From Stegostoma tigrinum (lineage: Eukaryota): a stretch of DNA of 64,000 bases. Positions 13,860-26,974 of the stretch are shown here, piece after piece. How positions within the stretch are numbered: position 1 is the first letter of the stretch; each line of letters begins with the position of its first letter. The stretch lies in contig NC_081364.1 of the NCBI RefSeq assembly GCF_030684315.1, positions 32,042,645-32,106,644 on the forward strand. Reading direction: 5' to 3'. The notes beneath the pieces are model-generated. The model saw only the letters and a list, made by a program, of their open reading frames with translations. It did no database searches and was not told the DNA's origin. The translations under genes were made by a program, and so were the position numbers.

Positions 13860-14766
13860 AAGAGTGGATTAGCAAATTTGTGGACAATACGAAGGTGGGT
13901 TACGTTGTGGGCAGTGCGGAGGACTGTTCTAGGTTACAAAGGGACATTCATAGGACATAGAGCTGGGCTGAGAAGTGGCAGATGAAGTTTAACCCTGAAA
14001 AGTGAGAGGTGATTCATTTTGGAAGGGCAAACTTGAAAGCAGAATACAGGATTAACAGACTCTTGGCAGTGTGGGGGAGCAGTGGGATCTTGGGGGTTCA
14101 TGTCCACAGTTCCCTAAAAGCTTCCACCCAGGTGGGTACAGTTGTTAAGGCGGCGAATGGTGTGTCAGCTTTCATTAATAGAGGGATCAAGTTCAATGCC
14201 ATGAAGTTATGCTCCAGCTATACAAAAGCCTGGTTCGGCCACATCTGGAATATTGTGTCCGGTTCTAGTCACCGCATTACAGGAAAGATGTGGAGCCATT
14301 GGAAAAGGTGCAGAGGAGATTTACCAGGACGTTACCTGGAATGGAGGGAAGGTCTTATGAGGAAAGATTGAGATAGTTAGCGATATTCTCTTTAGAATGA
14401 CGAAGGGTGAGAGGTGACTTGATAGAGGTGTACAAAATGATCAGAGGTATAGATAGAGTAGACAGCCAGAGACTTTTTCCAAGGGTGGAGGAAGCTATTA
14501 TGAGGGAACATAGTTTTTAAAAGTGAGTGGACGTAGATATAGGGAAGACATCAGAGGTAGGTTCTTTACTCAGACTGTGGTCGGGGCGTGGAATGCATTG
14601 CTGGAGAATGTAGTGGAGTTGACCTCATTAGGCGTATTTAAGCGGCTTTAGATAGGCATATGGACGATCGTATAAGGTAGGGGTGGAGGTTAGATAGACC
14701 TTAGGATTAAGGTAAAAGTTTGGCACAACATCGTAGGCCGAAGGGCCTGTACTATTCTATGTTCTA
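13860..14766 (+). mobile_element. CR1-clade LINE 3' portion, inserted into an older SINE (remnants about 13725-13858 and 14770-14885)
   Basis: Starts at the SKFVDNTKVG motif, includes IHFGRANLKAEY, ends in ggccgaagggcctgtactattctatgttcta. Confidence 0.9.
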
Positions 14767-15669
14767 CTCAACATGGAAATGTGGTTAACTCTGAAGTGGC
14801 TTGCCAGTCATTAGGGAAGGTACTCTCAACAATCTTCTCAGAAGAGTGACGAGCAACAAATGCTGGATTTCAAATGACTTCCATCGTTTGTAATCAAACT
14901 ATATTTTACATTGAAAATGACAAATTTATTGATTGGGTTGAAACTACCAAATATGTTTGAAAAGACTGAGCAGCACCTGAAGTGACTTATTTAATCTGAC
15001 TGCTACTATTTCTAAGATGAACAAACACTGACATAGCTAGATCCTTTATATTACAAAACCACAGCAAAACAGCCAGGATATCAACAGTAGCTCACCAGAT
15101 ACAATTAAATTTGGCAAGTGTGAATGACCCACCTTCTGAACCACTTGCAAAACACCCAAACAAATTCAGCTGGGTACAGACCACACTACTGAACTCGATC
15201 AGTCTGGATAATAAAGTCTGCTGGATAAAGAAACTGTATTGACTATATAATCTAACCATCTTTAAACAGCAGATTTGGAACAAGATTTCCATGACCATAC
15301 TGGGTAACTGGTCACTTTGTGAGAAATGTGAACATGTGATGAGTGAAATACTCTTTCTAGGTCAAAGTGAGACCAGAAAAATGCTAAGTGGGACTCTATT
15401 TCAAATCTATCTTGCAAACCTCAGCCCTGCCTGCTTTCCAACCAGCCTCACAACACAGGCAGTAACTTGAAAAAAATCAATTCCAGAGGTAAAAAAGGGC
15501 AACTGTTAGCCAATATCTTTAAATTGTCTCAATATCACAATATCTTTAACATCTCTCAATATTTATCCAATATCAGTTGCAACCGTCACATGCAATTTTT
15601 TTTTAAATCTTTCGGGGTCATTCTTCAAAGCTGCATGCGCACTTTCGAAAACATCACTCCATCAAGAAA

Positions 15670-16085
15670 CCCATTCTTTAGCATAAACATTCACTCTCTT
15701 CACCTTGAGGTACATAATGGTTAAAAACATGCAACATCTACAAGACTTATTTCAACAATAGGCCAAAACTCCTTTGACAGCAACTTGCAAACCATGACCT
15801 CCACCACCTTGAAGAACAAGGGTAATGGACACATGGAAAAGCCATTAGATGCAATTTCCCTCCAAGGCACATACTATCCAGTCACCGAACTATACAATCA
15901 TACCATCATCAATGTTGGTCAAAAACTTACAAACCCTGTCCTGAACAGCACTGTAATATTATTGCTCTTATATCACAAGGACTGCAATGATTCAAGACAG
16001 CAGAACGGACAACCTTGTGAGCAGCAATTAAGAATGGATAATAAATTCTAACTTTCCATCCATGCTCACACCTTACGAATTATTG
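15670..16085 (+). mobile_element. L2-like LINE 3' fragment, degenerate
   Basis: Collinear similarity with 27050-27640 (aaacattcactctcttcacc ... gcaattaagaatggataataaatt). Confidence 0.55.
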
Positions 16086-16632
16086 AAATTCATTTACAAA
16101 AAGAAACTTTTCCATGCATAGAGACAGAAAAAGAATGCTAAAAAATAGCGTGACAATACGATGGCCTGAAGAGGTTATTTTTGTCCTAGTTTTTCTTTGA
16201 AAAATACAAAAGCTTTAAGGCATAGTTACCAAGATGTCTATTGAAAACTCAAAACAGCTTATTAGATATTGGGTTCTTTTTTAAAGTTGGAACTATAGAA
16301 GCAGCCTGAATGGGTGTGGTAAAACGCACACAGAACCAAGTTTTTAGTTTCATAGTTTTTCAGAAGCTATTGTTGCTGGGTCTGTTGCTGCAGTACACCT
16401 CTCCTCACTATACTCAGTTCTCTCGTTTTTCCTTCTGGGCTGCTGCAGTTACACGAGGTATTCTGTTTTCTGAATTTGCCTTTTGCCAACAGTGTTTATA
16501 CAATGTTACTATACTGGAACAGTTACTGTATAGTAACTGACTAATCTATCATACCGTTAGCAGTAAGTCTATGGAAAAACCTAAGTCAATCGTTTTCTTT
16601 ATTTTGTTGTATCTCAACTAGCCTGTATTTGT

Positions 16633-16853
16633 GATAATAAAGTGTGAAGCTGGATGAACACAGCAGGCCAAGCAGCATCTCAGGAGCACGAAAGCTGACG
16701 TTTCGGGCCTAGACCCTTCATCAGAGAGTAGAGAGGTCTAGGTCCGAAACGTCAGCTTTTGTGCTCCCAAGATGCTGCTTGGCCTGCTGTGTTCATCTAG
16801 CTTCACACCTTATTATCTTGGATTCTCCAGCATCTGCAGTTCCCATTATCTCT
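16633..16853. mobile_element. Palindromic PLE mini-element (two inverted pLTR arms) with TSD
   Basis: Arms about 16633-16728(-) and 16733-16853(+); flanking direct repeats ctagcctgtatttgtg (16618-16633) and ctagactgtatttgtg (16852-16867); intact hammerhead at 16697-16724(-). Confidence 0.92.
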
Positions 16854-17957
16854 AGACTGTATTTGTGTTTTGTTTCAAATCTGGTGGCTTGACTGGTTAT
16901 GTTCCAGATGCAATTCAACACCTTATACTTAAATTTAAAATAAGAAAACATTACGGTCTGAGCTAAATTCTTGACATTTTTTTTTGGGGGGGGGGTTCTG
17001 GTGGTCTTGTCTTTAACAATAGTTTCTAACTGGGCTTAAATCATGAAGAAAATATTTTATCTTCACACTAAAATTTTGTTTAAACACAAGCTCCAACAGT
17101 AAAATAGTATATACGTATGCTTCTAACTGTATCTCTAGGAACATCAGCATGGTTTCATCCAAAAGATTAAAAAAAAGTGACTTATTTTCCCCAACCTAAA
17201 AAAATACCCCCTGAATATTTCACCCTGCAAAACTTAAATCTTTAAAATTAACACTCAGGTACACTGTATTCTGCAGAATTAAAAGTGTTCCACAAACAGT
17301 ATCAAATGATAAAGTTTCAATTATAAATATAGACAATCAAGGTTTTGATCCCAATTTTCACTCCAATTAAATGAGTTTCAAGTGGATTAAAATCACCTTT
17401 TTGAATCCAAAATGGGAGTGGTTACAAAATGGGCCCATCATTTTAACAATTAAAGTTCAACTTCAGAAAACCTTTCTTTGCAAACTCAAAGTCCATCTAT
17501 ATAGTTGTATAATGTTTTCCAACCAATGATTTAAAAAAATGTTTTGGAGCCATTTATCATTATTTAGACTGAAAAGGAGAGTAAACAAACCTTGTTCCAA
17601 GTATACAGAGATTAGTTGCTTTTAATCATCTGTCAAATCTGAAAAATATCCTGCTCCTTATACCTTCAATACTACTTTAAAAAACTTAAACAAAATTTTG
17701 CTTTAATGGAACTGTTAGTTTAACAGAAGTCTGCAGATGTCTTAAAATGTTTACAGTTATTTTGTCAGTTCATGTAACCTATTTAGAAAGGAGAGATAAA
17801 GAATGTCTTCACTTCAATATGGTCTTTATTCCATCAGTAATACGGCTTATAGTCACAAAATGGGCAAAACGCCAAGCAGAGAGACAGGTAACATTCAAGT
17901 ACATAACTAAATGAGACTTTTTTAGGATTTACAATAAGAGTCAACACACAACTTACG

Positions 17958-18086
17958 GAGATAATGGGAACTGCAGATGCTGAAGAATCCAAGATAATAA
18001 AATGGGAAGCTGGATGAACACAGCAGGCCCAGCAGCATCTTAGGAGCACAAAAGCTGACGTTTCGGGCCTAGACCCTTCATCAGAG
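17958..18086 (-). mobile_element. Solo PLE pLTR fragment with tail and intact hammerhead (18057-18084)
   Basis: Reverse complement of about 3538-3667. Confidence 0.92.
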
Positions 18087-18386
18087 CTTCCAGGTGGAAC
18101 TAGCTAACCTGGTTGCAAGGAAACCACTACCCACTTACAGTCTGATCGAGGCTGAATTTTTTTTCATAATCAGCAAGTCACTGGGAATGCAATCTCAAAC
18201 TGATCAACTTTCTTTATTCATGATTCTGACACAATCATCTACATTTTCAAACTACTTGGAAGAAACAAAATTCTACTGGTTTCTTTTTTGTACCATTTCC
18301 ATTTATAGTATAATTGTAAAGAGGATGCATACAGCATAGGAAAGTGTGGAAGACCTATTCAAACAAGACTAACACACAAGGAATTG

Positions 18387-18539
18387 AAGATAATAAAATG
18401 TGAGGCTGGATGAACACAGCAGGCCAAGCAGCATCTCAGGAGCACAAAAGCTGACGTTTCGGGCCTAGACCCTTCATCAGAGAGGGGGATGGGGAGAGGG
18501 AACTGGAATAAATAGGGAGAGAGGGGGAGGCGGACCGAA
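18387..18539 (-). mobile_element. Solo tail-less PLE 3' fragment with TSD and intact hammerhead (18453-18480)
   Basis: Reverse complement of about 3481-3633; direct repeats acacaaggaattg (18374-18386) and acgcaaggaattg (18539-18551). Confidence 0.92.
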
Positions 18540-20229
18540 CGCAAGGAATTGGCTGTGATTTCTGTTTTTAAAAAAGCTTAATTATCTGTCCTAAACGATC
18601 AAGGCACTGGCAAATAAACCCATGGAGGAACTTTATCTGCTTTTCTTTGGAAATGGGTTAGGGGACCGGGAAGCAGGTTCAGTTTTACACTGCCATTTTG
18701 TTTAAAAAGAGACAAGCCATAGTCATGTTCACCAAAGAGAGTTGATACAAGTATACTGAGCTCTGTGTATACTGACATTCACACATTCGCTGGCCGCTAG
18801 GCAAGTGATTATTCCAAAGTTAGAAGGGAGATCTCCTGCTGGCAAATACTTTGAACTCAAGAAATGGAATTGTCATTCCACTTGGAATTTAGCTCAGATT
18901 CTAAAATGTGAAAAGTTTGTTTCACAGCAGCTATAGTTCTAAACAAAGTGCAAGAGCAACTTTTTGTCAGCAGAGGAGGAGGAGGCAAAAAATTTAAGTT
19001 CTAGACCTTACTCCTGCCATTTAATAAGATCATATCTGAACACTGTTGCCTTAACTTCACTTTCCTGCTTTCCCCCCATTCACCAAAATCCTCCACTCAA
19101 ATGCAGATTAAATACTGCCCAGTTCAGCCTTGCATATACACAATGGCAATTTCTCCACGACTCTTGGCCCCTTGAACAACCATGTGAACTTAACCAGATC
19201 CTGTGTTTTTGATCTTACTGGAGGGTTTGATATTAGCAGAGACAGAGAGGGGAATTTATTTTTCTTGAAACAGAATACCAGGGGATCATTTGGCATTTTA
19301 TAGCTACACTTTCCATCTGAAAGATGGCACCTCCAATAGTACAGTATGCCCACAATAATGTGAGCAGTGTCAATTTTAGTGAGTGCCAAAGGCTGTTACA
19401 TCCATGCTAAACATGCATGGAAAATAAAAGGAGACAGGAGTAATTTACTCACTCCAGAACACTGGAAACAATTACTTTGCAAAAGTCTACACTTCATTTA
19501 AAGCCAAGACTAAACAACGGTGTTATCATCCAGCTGGGGACCAATCATATTTTGTCTGGCTTGAAGTCGACAAAGTTTGAGATCCCTGGTACTTACAAAG
19601 AGAATAAAGACAGAAAATTCCACTATTTAGAAGGAACAAAACAAAGTTCACTTTGGAAAGTTAGAGCAGTAAAACAACCTAAGGTAAAAAAACAAGAGGT
19701 AAAAAAGACTGCACTTCAAATGGCTAATGCAGTCAACACCAGGACCCTGAAAAGGTGGGTATATCAGAGCCAAATAAGTCGGGCCCACAGCTCAGGCCTG
19801 GGTCAGGGGTGGGGTCATTGAGTTCAGCACAGCAGCCTGGCCTACGGCCAGGGGCAGCACAGGCTTCTATGTTTTCTGCCCTTGCCTGTGGTCAAAACAT
19901 ATCCTATCAAAATGCTAGCGACACTGCGGGACACCAAATATTATTGCCAAGTTGTCTGCTTTACAAGGGAGTACAATTCATCAGCTTTGATGCTCTGGCT
20001 TTGGAACTCCCTCACAAAGTCCCTCTAAAAAGATGCTGAAGAATGTGGAAATTACCACAGGGAAGTGCTGATGTTCCATACCTTTCATAAATGTGTAAAC
20101 ATGTGGTCAACTCTCCCTTAATAATAATGATTGAAGGCAGCAAGGGACAGTTTGGTTCAATGACAGGAAAGACAGCGAAGCCAATTTTTGCCATACGTCA
20201 ATCATCAAGCAATATTTCAAGGGACTAAC

Positions 20230-21075
20230 GGATTTATAGCTGGCAGTCCTTGAACTAGAAAAAACATACAGAAGGGTACTGGGAGATAAAGGGAAGTAAA
20301 GGAGAAATACACCAGGCTCAACGAAGTCAAGGTTAAGAACTGCCAGATGTCAGTCAGGAGCAACCCTGGCCGCTCAGGAAAGTTAAAGGTAAAAGTCAGA
20401 GTCTGTCAAGGCATGGGCCTCAGCCCACTCTTGTTCACCACCAGCTCAGAGTGACCATGAAGGCTGACACAACAACCTACTGTCAAACATGCTGTAACAA
20501 TCATTGCCAAAATCGGGGGAAAGAAACAAGCACATTTAAGCCAAATAGCAGAAGACCCTGAATAACAGCAAGAAATCAATATATTCCACTTAGCCCTTGA
20601 GGACTAAAATAGAAGACTGCGGCACCCTGACCGTCACTGTAACAGAACTGAGGCAGACAACTGCACTTAACTGTTTGGGCTCAATTAACCAGAAAGATAG
20701 CAAGTTGGAAGGGGATAGCCACATAAATAAATGGTGATTGGCATGACCTGGAATCAAATTTGACACACTGGCGAAAGAGGCCGTCACAAGACCCACGAGT
20801 ACCTGGCACAGTTGTACAGGAGTGAGTCCTGGCCCTTAAAGAAAGAGGAGAAAAAACAAATGTGGCAGAGATGAGGATGTTGAGGCGGATGTGCTAAATC
20901 TCAGAAAGAGTCTCAGCTAGAAACAACAGCATCTGAGGAAAGGTCAGGTGACTGAAGGGTTCAAGAAGTTGCAGGAGAGGAGACTGGAATGAGGCAGCTA
21001 CGTGAATCCAGTCTAGAATGCAAGTAATGCCGTATCCAACTACGGGAACAACTGATATCAGAGAACCCAAGAAGG
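20230..21075 (+). mobile_element. RTE-clade LINE fragment, heavily decayed
   Basis: Frameshifted remnants resembling GLSPLLF and LYRSESWPLKK...VAEMRMLRRMC, typical of the RTE RT C-terminus. Confidence 0.65.
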
Positions 21076-21291
21076 CATCTTATGATAGGCCCTTCTCTGT
21101 GGTCTGGCAGTTGTGTTGACTGTTGGGTATGAGTTAAGTATGGTATCAATTGAACAGTTACTCAGGATTTATTAATAGTTTAACTTTTCCTGAGTAATTA
21201 TTCACTTAATTTCATTTGAACGCTCCAAATTCTCTCATTAAAATGGAGACTTGCACATGGTTCCAGACATAAGGGGATTGCCCTGTGAAAT

Positions 21292-21509
21292 CAAGACAAC
21301 AAAATGTGAGGCTGGATGAACACAGCAGGCCAAGCAGCATCTCAGGAGCACAAAAGCTGACGCCTCGGGCCTAGACCCTTCACCAGAGAGGGTGAAGGCC
21401 CGAGGCGTCAGCTTTTGTGCTCCTGAGATGCTGCTTGGCCTGCTGTGTTCATCCAGCCTCACATTTTGTTGTCTTGGATTCTCCAGCATCTGCAGTTCCC
21501 ATTATCTCT
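21292..21509. mobile_element. Palindromic PLE mini-element with TSD; hammerhead core mutated in both arms
   Basis: Arms about 21292-21390(-) and 21391-21509(+); direct repeats tgccctgtgaaat (21279-21291) and tgccccgtgaaat (21509-21521). Confidence 0.93.
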
Positions 21510-22289
21510 GCCCCGTGAAATGTTCAACTTCCCATGCAGTTCACTCATAATCTATGACTGGAATTGCACATGTTACCCACTTGCAACACCCATCTATGCT
21601 GGAATAATGACTGGCCCCTGGAAAATCCTGGTCAATGATACAATATATACATGACAAAGTATGTTTGTCTTGGGAAAAGCCCATACCAAAGCTATTTGAA
21701 ATGACAAAATTCTCTCAGAGGCATGTCCATGATCCAGAAGGAACTTCCTTTCTATAATAACCAGAACACCAAAATCAACACCATGCCAATATGTGAAATA
21801 CTTTGGAAGCAAAAAAATCCAGTAGGCTAGAGTTTGATAAATCACAAAATAAGCAAATGCAGGGCTACCATGGGTTTAGAAAAGTTCTTATTACACTCAG
21901 CAACTTCAATTGCTTGTAGCAAGCTAGAATCTAGGTCAATGAAATAACAGAATGGAAAATAGTTACTTCACATTTAATTTTATCTAAAATTAAACCGAAC
22001 ACAAGATATCCCAGGGAGATGTGGAGTATGCAAACAAAATATGGCATTTTGAAGTGACAAAATATTCGTTCCAGACAATTTATGCCCAAGACTTCTAAAA
22101 GGGATAAGGATTACAATTAGAGATTATCGTTCTGAAAACCATGACATTTTTGAATTAGTGAATATCCTGTGGAACTGCTTATCCATAATATGACGATAGC
22201 GTTGTGCATTCTGCTGCCAGTAAAAATGTGTTCAATGCTCAGGTCTGTACTCCATCAGTTAACCTAGTTAAAAATGTATAATGAGCACG

Positions 22290-22580
22290 CACTAAAACAT
22301 AAGATTACAAAACACTGGAGGAGAAGCAGGTTATTCAGTCCATCAAGGCTGCTGTGCCATTCAGTGAGACCACAACTGATCTGATGATGTTCTACACACT
22401 TCCCTACCTTTTTTCCATAACCCTTCATTCCCTTGCTGATTAAAAATCTGTTTATCTCAGCCTCAAATACACAATGATGCCTCAACAAGCCTCTGTGGTA
22501 AAAAAAATTCCACAGGTTCACTCTCCTCTAAGGGAATAAATTCCTCCAATTGCTGTCTGGAAAGGGTGGCCCCTTTTCTT
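22290..22580 (-). mobile_element. CR1 LINE 3' end
   Basis: Minus translation VNLWN...AEINRFLISKGMKGYG plus CR1 3' UTR; similar to 34600-34810. Confidence 0.8.
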
Positions 22581-25500
22581 GACGTAAATTAGAGCATAAA
22601 TACTGTCTAAAAAGAAACCTCTTGACCTCAACTGCCTCAATTCCAAAACAAAACTAACTAGCATAGACATGGTCTACACTTTGCAGATGACGACAGTATT
22701 GTTGCCCAAATTTGCACACCATGTGTTATTTTGCATTCAAAAATTACTGCCACCAAAATGAAACACATTCCAATCCAGAAATGTTCTGTCAAGTTTTCCA
22801 CCTCCCATATTTGTTGATAGAATATGTCGAACATTTCCCAGACGTTACAGCTACCTCATTCCCAAGACCACTATTGACCAGGTGATTCAGTGCCAGATCA
22901 GCAGCACGAGCTCGGTCTGGTCTGAGTTCTAACGAAGAATAGGTGTAAGGATCAAATTAATTCTCTACCGCTGGTTGTTCTATCTAATCTTTCTAATGTA
23001 ATTGCAATGCTGAGAGATAAATTATTTAAAGCTTGTTTTATAACTCTACACTTGGAAATCACCAGGGACGTAATTCCATTCCAGAACAATTTCCAGCTTA
23101 ATGCATTTCCAGTCTCAACATGGAGATTAACAACCAGATAACGCACTTTTGTTTGCAGAAAATGAAATTTCTAGAAGCATGGGATATTCTGAGATAGTTT
23201 CTTCATTCACCAATTCTAGTCTAAAGCCCAGTGTTATTCTAGTCTTCTCCCTCAGAACAGATACAACTCATCCACCAAATCAAGCCATCATTATTCTCAA
23301 CCTCTCACGTAAACATGAGTTGCCTTATCTCAACTTCCAAAGGTGCCAAAATGCTGTGCTTCTTCGTTAGTTCCACATATGTTTCTTCACTCAATCTTGA
23401 CATCAAGCTCGATAGGATGCCTCTATTTCCCCATATTTGGGAACGTTCTTCCAACACCTCTCATATGAATTGTCAGCAGAGTACAGTAAAAGCTAACCAT
23501 GAATCTTGCTTCCACTTTTGCCACAACAATTCATTTACCAATAATGTTGTGGCCAATGCTGCTGAACGATTCTTGTTCCATTGTTTTTGAGATATTTACA
23601 ATAATTTAAAATTCAGTGATGCAATAGTGGGAAATTATACATTATGATAAGGGTGTACAATACATGCTGGTATTACTTGAGAATGTACATTTTAAAATAA
23701 AGGGAGAGGTTTCTTTTTAAGAGGTCAGGAAGTAATTCGGAAGAGCATCCTAAATAGATTATTTAAAAGAAAGCAAGTGATTCAGTTAGGTGCCTAGAAG
23801 GATACCTGTCTAGGCAATCCCTGGATTGTAAAAGGATTTTGTTCTTGAGTCCATTTATACACAAATCCTACACAGTTCAGGACCATATAAAGCAGCCATT
23901 CACAGATACAGGAAATCTTCACATCAGATCTTTAAAATTGCATGCTTGTCTGGAATCACATTCGTAAGTATGAGTGTTCACAAGACGGATCTCAGAGTTG
24001 GAGACCTCCATTATGTTAATCAATCAAATGTTAGTACTATTCAGTTTCATGACATGAAAGCATTCTCGGGGTTACTGTTTTAGTTTAGACTTCAGGAGAA
24101 ATAGGAGTTCAGTTCATGGCAATAGCTTCCTCTGAGCAGAAGAGTTTTAGTTATGAAGTCTCCACCCTTGAGAGTTTGCAAAGGGTTTTTTTTAAATTGG
24201 CAGAAATGAAACAAGGTGTAAAAGGTGAAAGTAAGTTTACACCAGCCAAGCTGGAAAGAAGCTATAAAACTGTTTCAGCAGTCAAAGAGGGAAAACTGGA
24301 AGAAGTCAGCAAAGGAGTGAAAGAGCTGAGACAGGAATGATATTCCTTTGGCACTGACCATCTGTAAAAGGATATTGCTGGGACACAGCATGAAACATGT
24401 CTGTCATATACACAGCTTAAATGCTTTCCTTCCTTCTGTAACAGACTCATGTTTTTGTAATAAAGAATATCAGTAACCATGTGCAAATTGGTTCAGTAGC
24501 TAACCAGCAGAATAACCAATTAAAACTTTTGATCTGTCAAGCCAAGTTTGGATTCTGAGACTTGACCTGCCCAGTATTACCATCAGCTGCCTCGCTTTTG
24601 TGAAAAAAAATCCACTTCCAACAATGAACAATATATGAATAATACTGCACCAGTTAAATACATCAATTTTTTTTTAAAGTTGCCGAGTATGTAAACAATT
24701 GCACTTTATTAAGCAGGTTCAGTAACAATTCACATTGGCAACTATACAAGCATATTTTAGTAATCAAAACTGTAACATAGCCAGCACCATTTCCATCCAA
24801 TTTCCCAATTGTACACAAAGTGGAAACTCTATCCCTATATATTGACTTAGAGCAAGAACAGAGTGTCAAAAGATCCCAGGCTTCATGCATTAATTACTTC
24901 TGTTTTCAGCTATGAAAAACAGCGAAGAAAGAGGAACCATTAAAAAAAGTGAGGCAGACCTGCCAAACAATTAACCAACAAATTGGAAAAAGATGCAGAT
25001 ATTTTCATAAATTCAACCTATTACTTCATCAAGCATCATGGACTATGCAGAGGAACTTTGATTTTTTTTTCAAACTTAGGGATCTCAAACAATGAAAAAG
25101 TTTTAATTTAGAACCTTTAAGAATATTTACCGACACCATGTAAATGATGAACAGCAACGTTCAATATTATTAAAAAGAAAAACAAATTATTATTTGTTAA
25201 TTATGATACAGGTCACACAAAGTCATCTTTAAAATTCCAAGTGATGGTACAGCTATGTGGTAGCAAACAATAAAGGAGAAGACAGTGCTCTCTGTGCTTC
25301 CTCAACGTGTACCATCCACCACTCAGTTACACCCAATTCAACAGTTCCATGGCTTTGCTAGGTTTCTCCAGGCAGTAATACAGTCAACAATAGGCCAGAA
25401 ATGGACCTTTTCTTGACAGGTGGGATTAAGTGTTACTGGTCAGCAATTACAACTGTATTTCATGCCCCAAATCTCTCATTGAACAGAAGCAGCTGGCACT

Positions 25501-25774
25501 TCACAAACCCTGTTAACATACTCCTTCCTTCACAAGCTCACATACAGAACCAACTCATGCAAAGGAACATCCAATCAAATTCCTGATTCTGACATTCTGG
25601 AAAGAAGCACTACCCAAAATATATGTGCGAACACGTTTGTTACTGTGGCTTTACTGGAAGGTCTTGAAACTTGTAAATTATTATCACTATCAGAAGAGTA
25701 TCATAGATTGCAGCAAACTGATGTTCCAGGAACAGATCATGTGCCATCAAGGTGCCCCAGAAAAACTAAAATCA

Positions 25775-26265
25775 ATGGAAAAGTTGCCTCTTGGGCCCCT
25801 TCTATATCTTTCCCCTCTCACCTTAAACCTATGCCCTCTAGGTTTGGACTTTCCACCCCAGAGAAAAGACCTTGCCTATTTACTCTATGCTTACCCTTCA
25901 TGATTTTGAAAACCTTTACAAGGTTACCGCTTTACAAGCTTCCACCCTCCAGGGAATATAGCCCCAGCCAACTTAGCCTGTCCCTGTAGCTCAAACCCTC
26001 CAACCCTCAAATCTTTTCTGAACCCTTTCTAGTTTCACAACGTCGTCCCAATTAGAGGGCGATCAGAATTGCACGCAATGCTCCAAAAGTGGCCAAACAA
26101 GTGTCTTGTACAGCCACCACATGACCTCCTAACTCCTCTACTCAACGCACTGACCAATAAAGCATACCAAACGCCGCCTTCACTACCCTATCTACCAGCG
26201 ACTCCACTTTCAAGGAACTGTGAACCTGAACGTCAAGATCTCTTTGTTCAGCAGCATCCCCCAGG
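25775..26265 (-). mobile_element. CR1 LINE internal fragment
   Basis: Minus ORF EQRDLDVQVHSSLKVESLVDRVVKAAFGML. Confidence 0.85.
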
Positions 26266-26685
26266 GCTTCACATTCCTGCTTTTTTGCCACACGAAAAAT
26301 AGATGAGAGTCTGGAATTTGCAGTCAAAGAAACAAATATTTTACTCTCTCTAACATGTTCCCGCCTCCATTCGGAAGTGAAAATCCAGCCCAGTTTCTGT
26401 CTCTGCAGGTGTTACTAAACTAGCTGAATATTTCCAGCATTTTCTGTTTTTATGTTCAAATTATTTACTTATCACTGGCAATGTCCATGCAGCAGTTCCT
26501 TTCTGCCGTAGACGGGTTGGCTACTTTCCAGGTGTAATACATCTTCAGAATCTATCTTTATTCATTCTGTACTCGAGCACAACGTTAGGGGTAGTCTTCT
26601 TTGCAATTGTAAAGATGTATGGTTTATGGCAAGGAAGCAAACTGCCTTTTTACCTGATCTTAAGATTGTGCATGCCTCAAGATAC

Positions 26686-26882
26686 CAGAGAGTGGTAAGG
26701 GCGTGGAATGCCCTGCCTGCCAGTGCAGTTAAATCAGCCTCATTATGGGTATTTAAACAATCTTTGGATAAGCATATGAATGATGATGAGAGTGTAGGGG
26801 GATGGGCTTAGATCAGTTCACAGGTTGGGGCAGCATCGAGGGCTGAAGGGGCTGTTCTGCGCTGTATTGTTTTATGTTCTAA
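26686..26882 (+). mobile_element. CR1 LINE 3' end
   Basis: QRVVRAWNALP...FKQSLDKHM plus tail gggctgaaggggctgttctgcgctgtattgttttatgttcta; homologous to 14570-14766. Confidence 0.85.
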
Positions 26883-26974
26883 ATCGGGAAAAACTCTGCA
26901 CTGTTTGGAGCCATGTCCAGCACAAACAAAGATTGTGGCTATCCATTGTCAGTTATCTCAATGAAATTTGAATG

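Noticed and set aside
15094-15220. Possible minus-strand exon (cag acceptor, gtgag donor, open frame)
   Set aside because: Translation is unrecognisable and no partner exons were found; needs RNA-seq
16280-17000. Possible solo LTR (also about 24060-24600) hosting a PLE mini-element
   Set aside because: No verifiable TG..CA ends, TSD or second copy in the window
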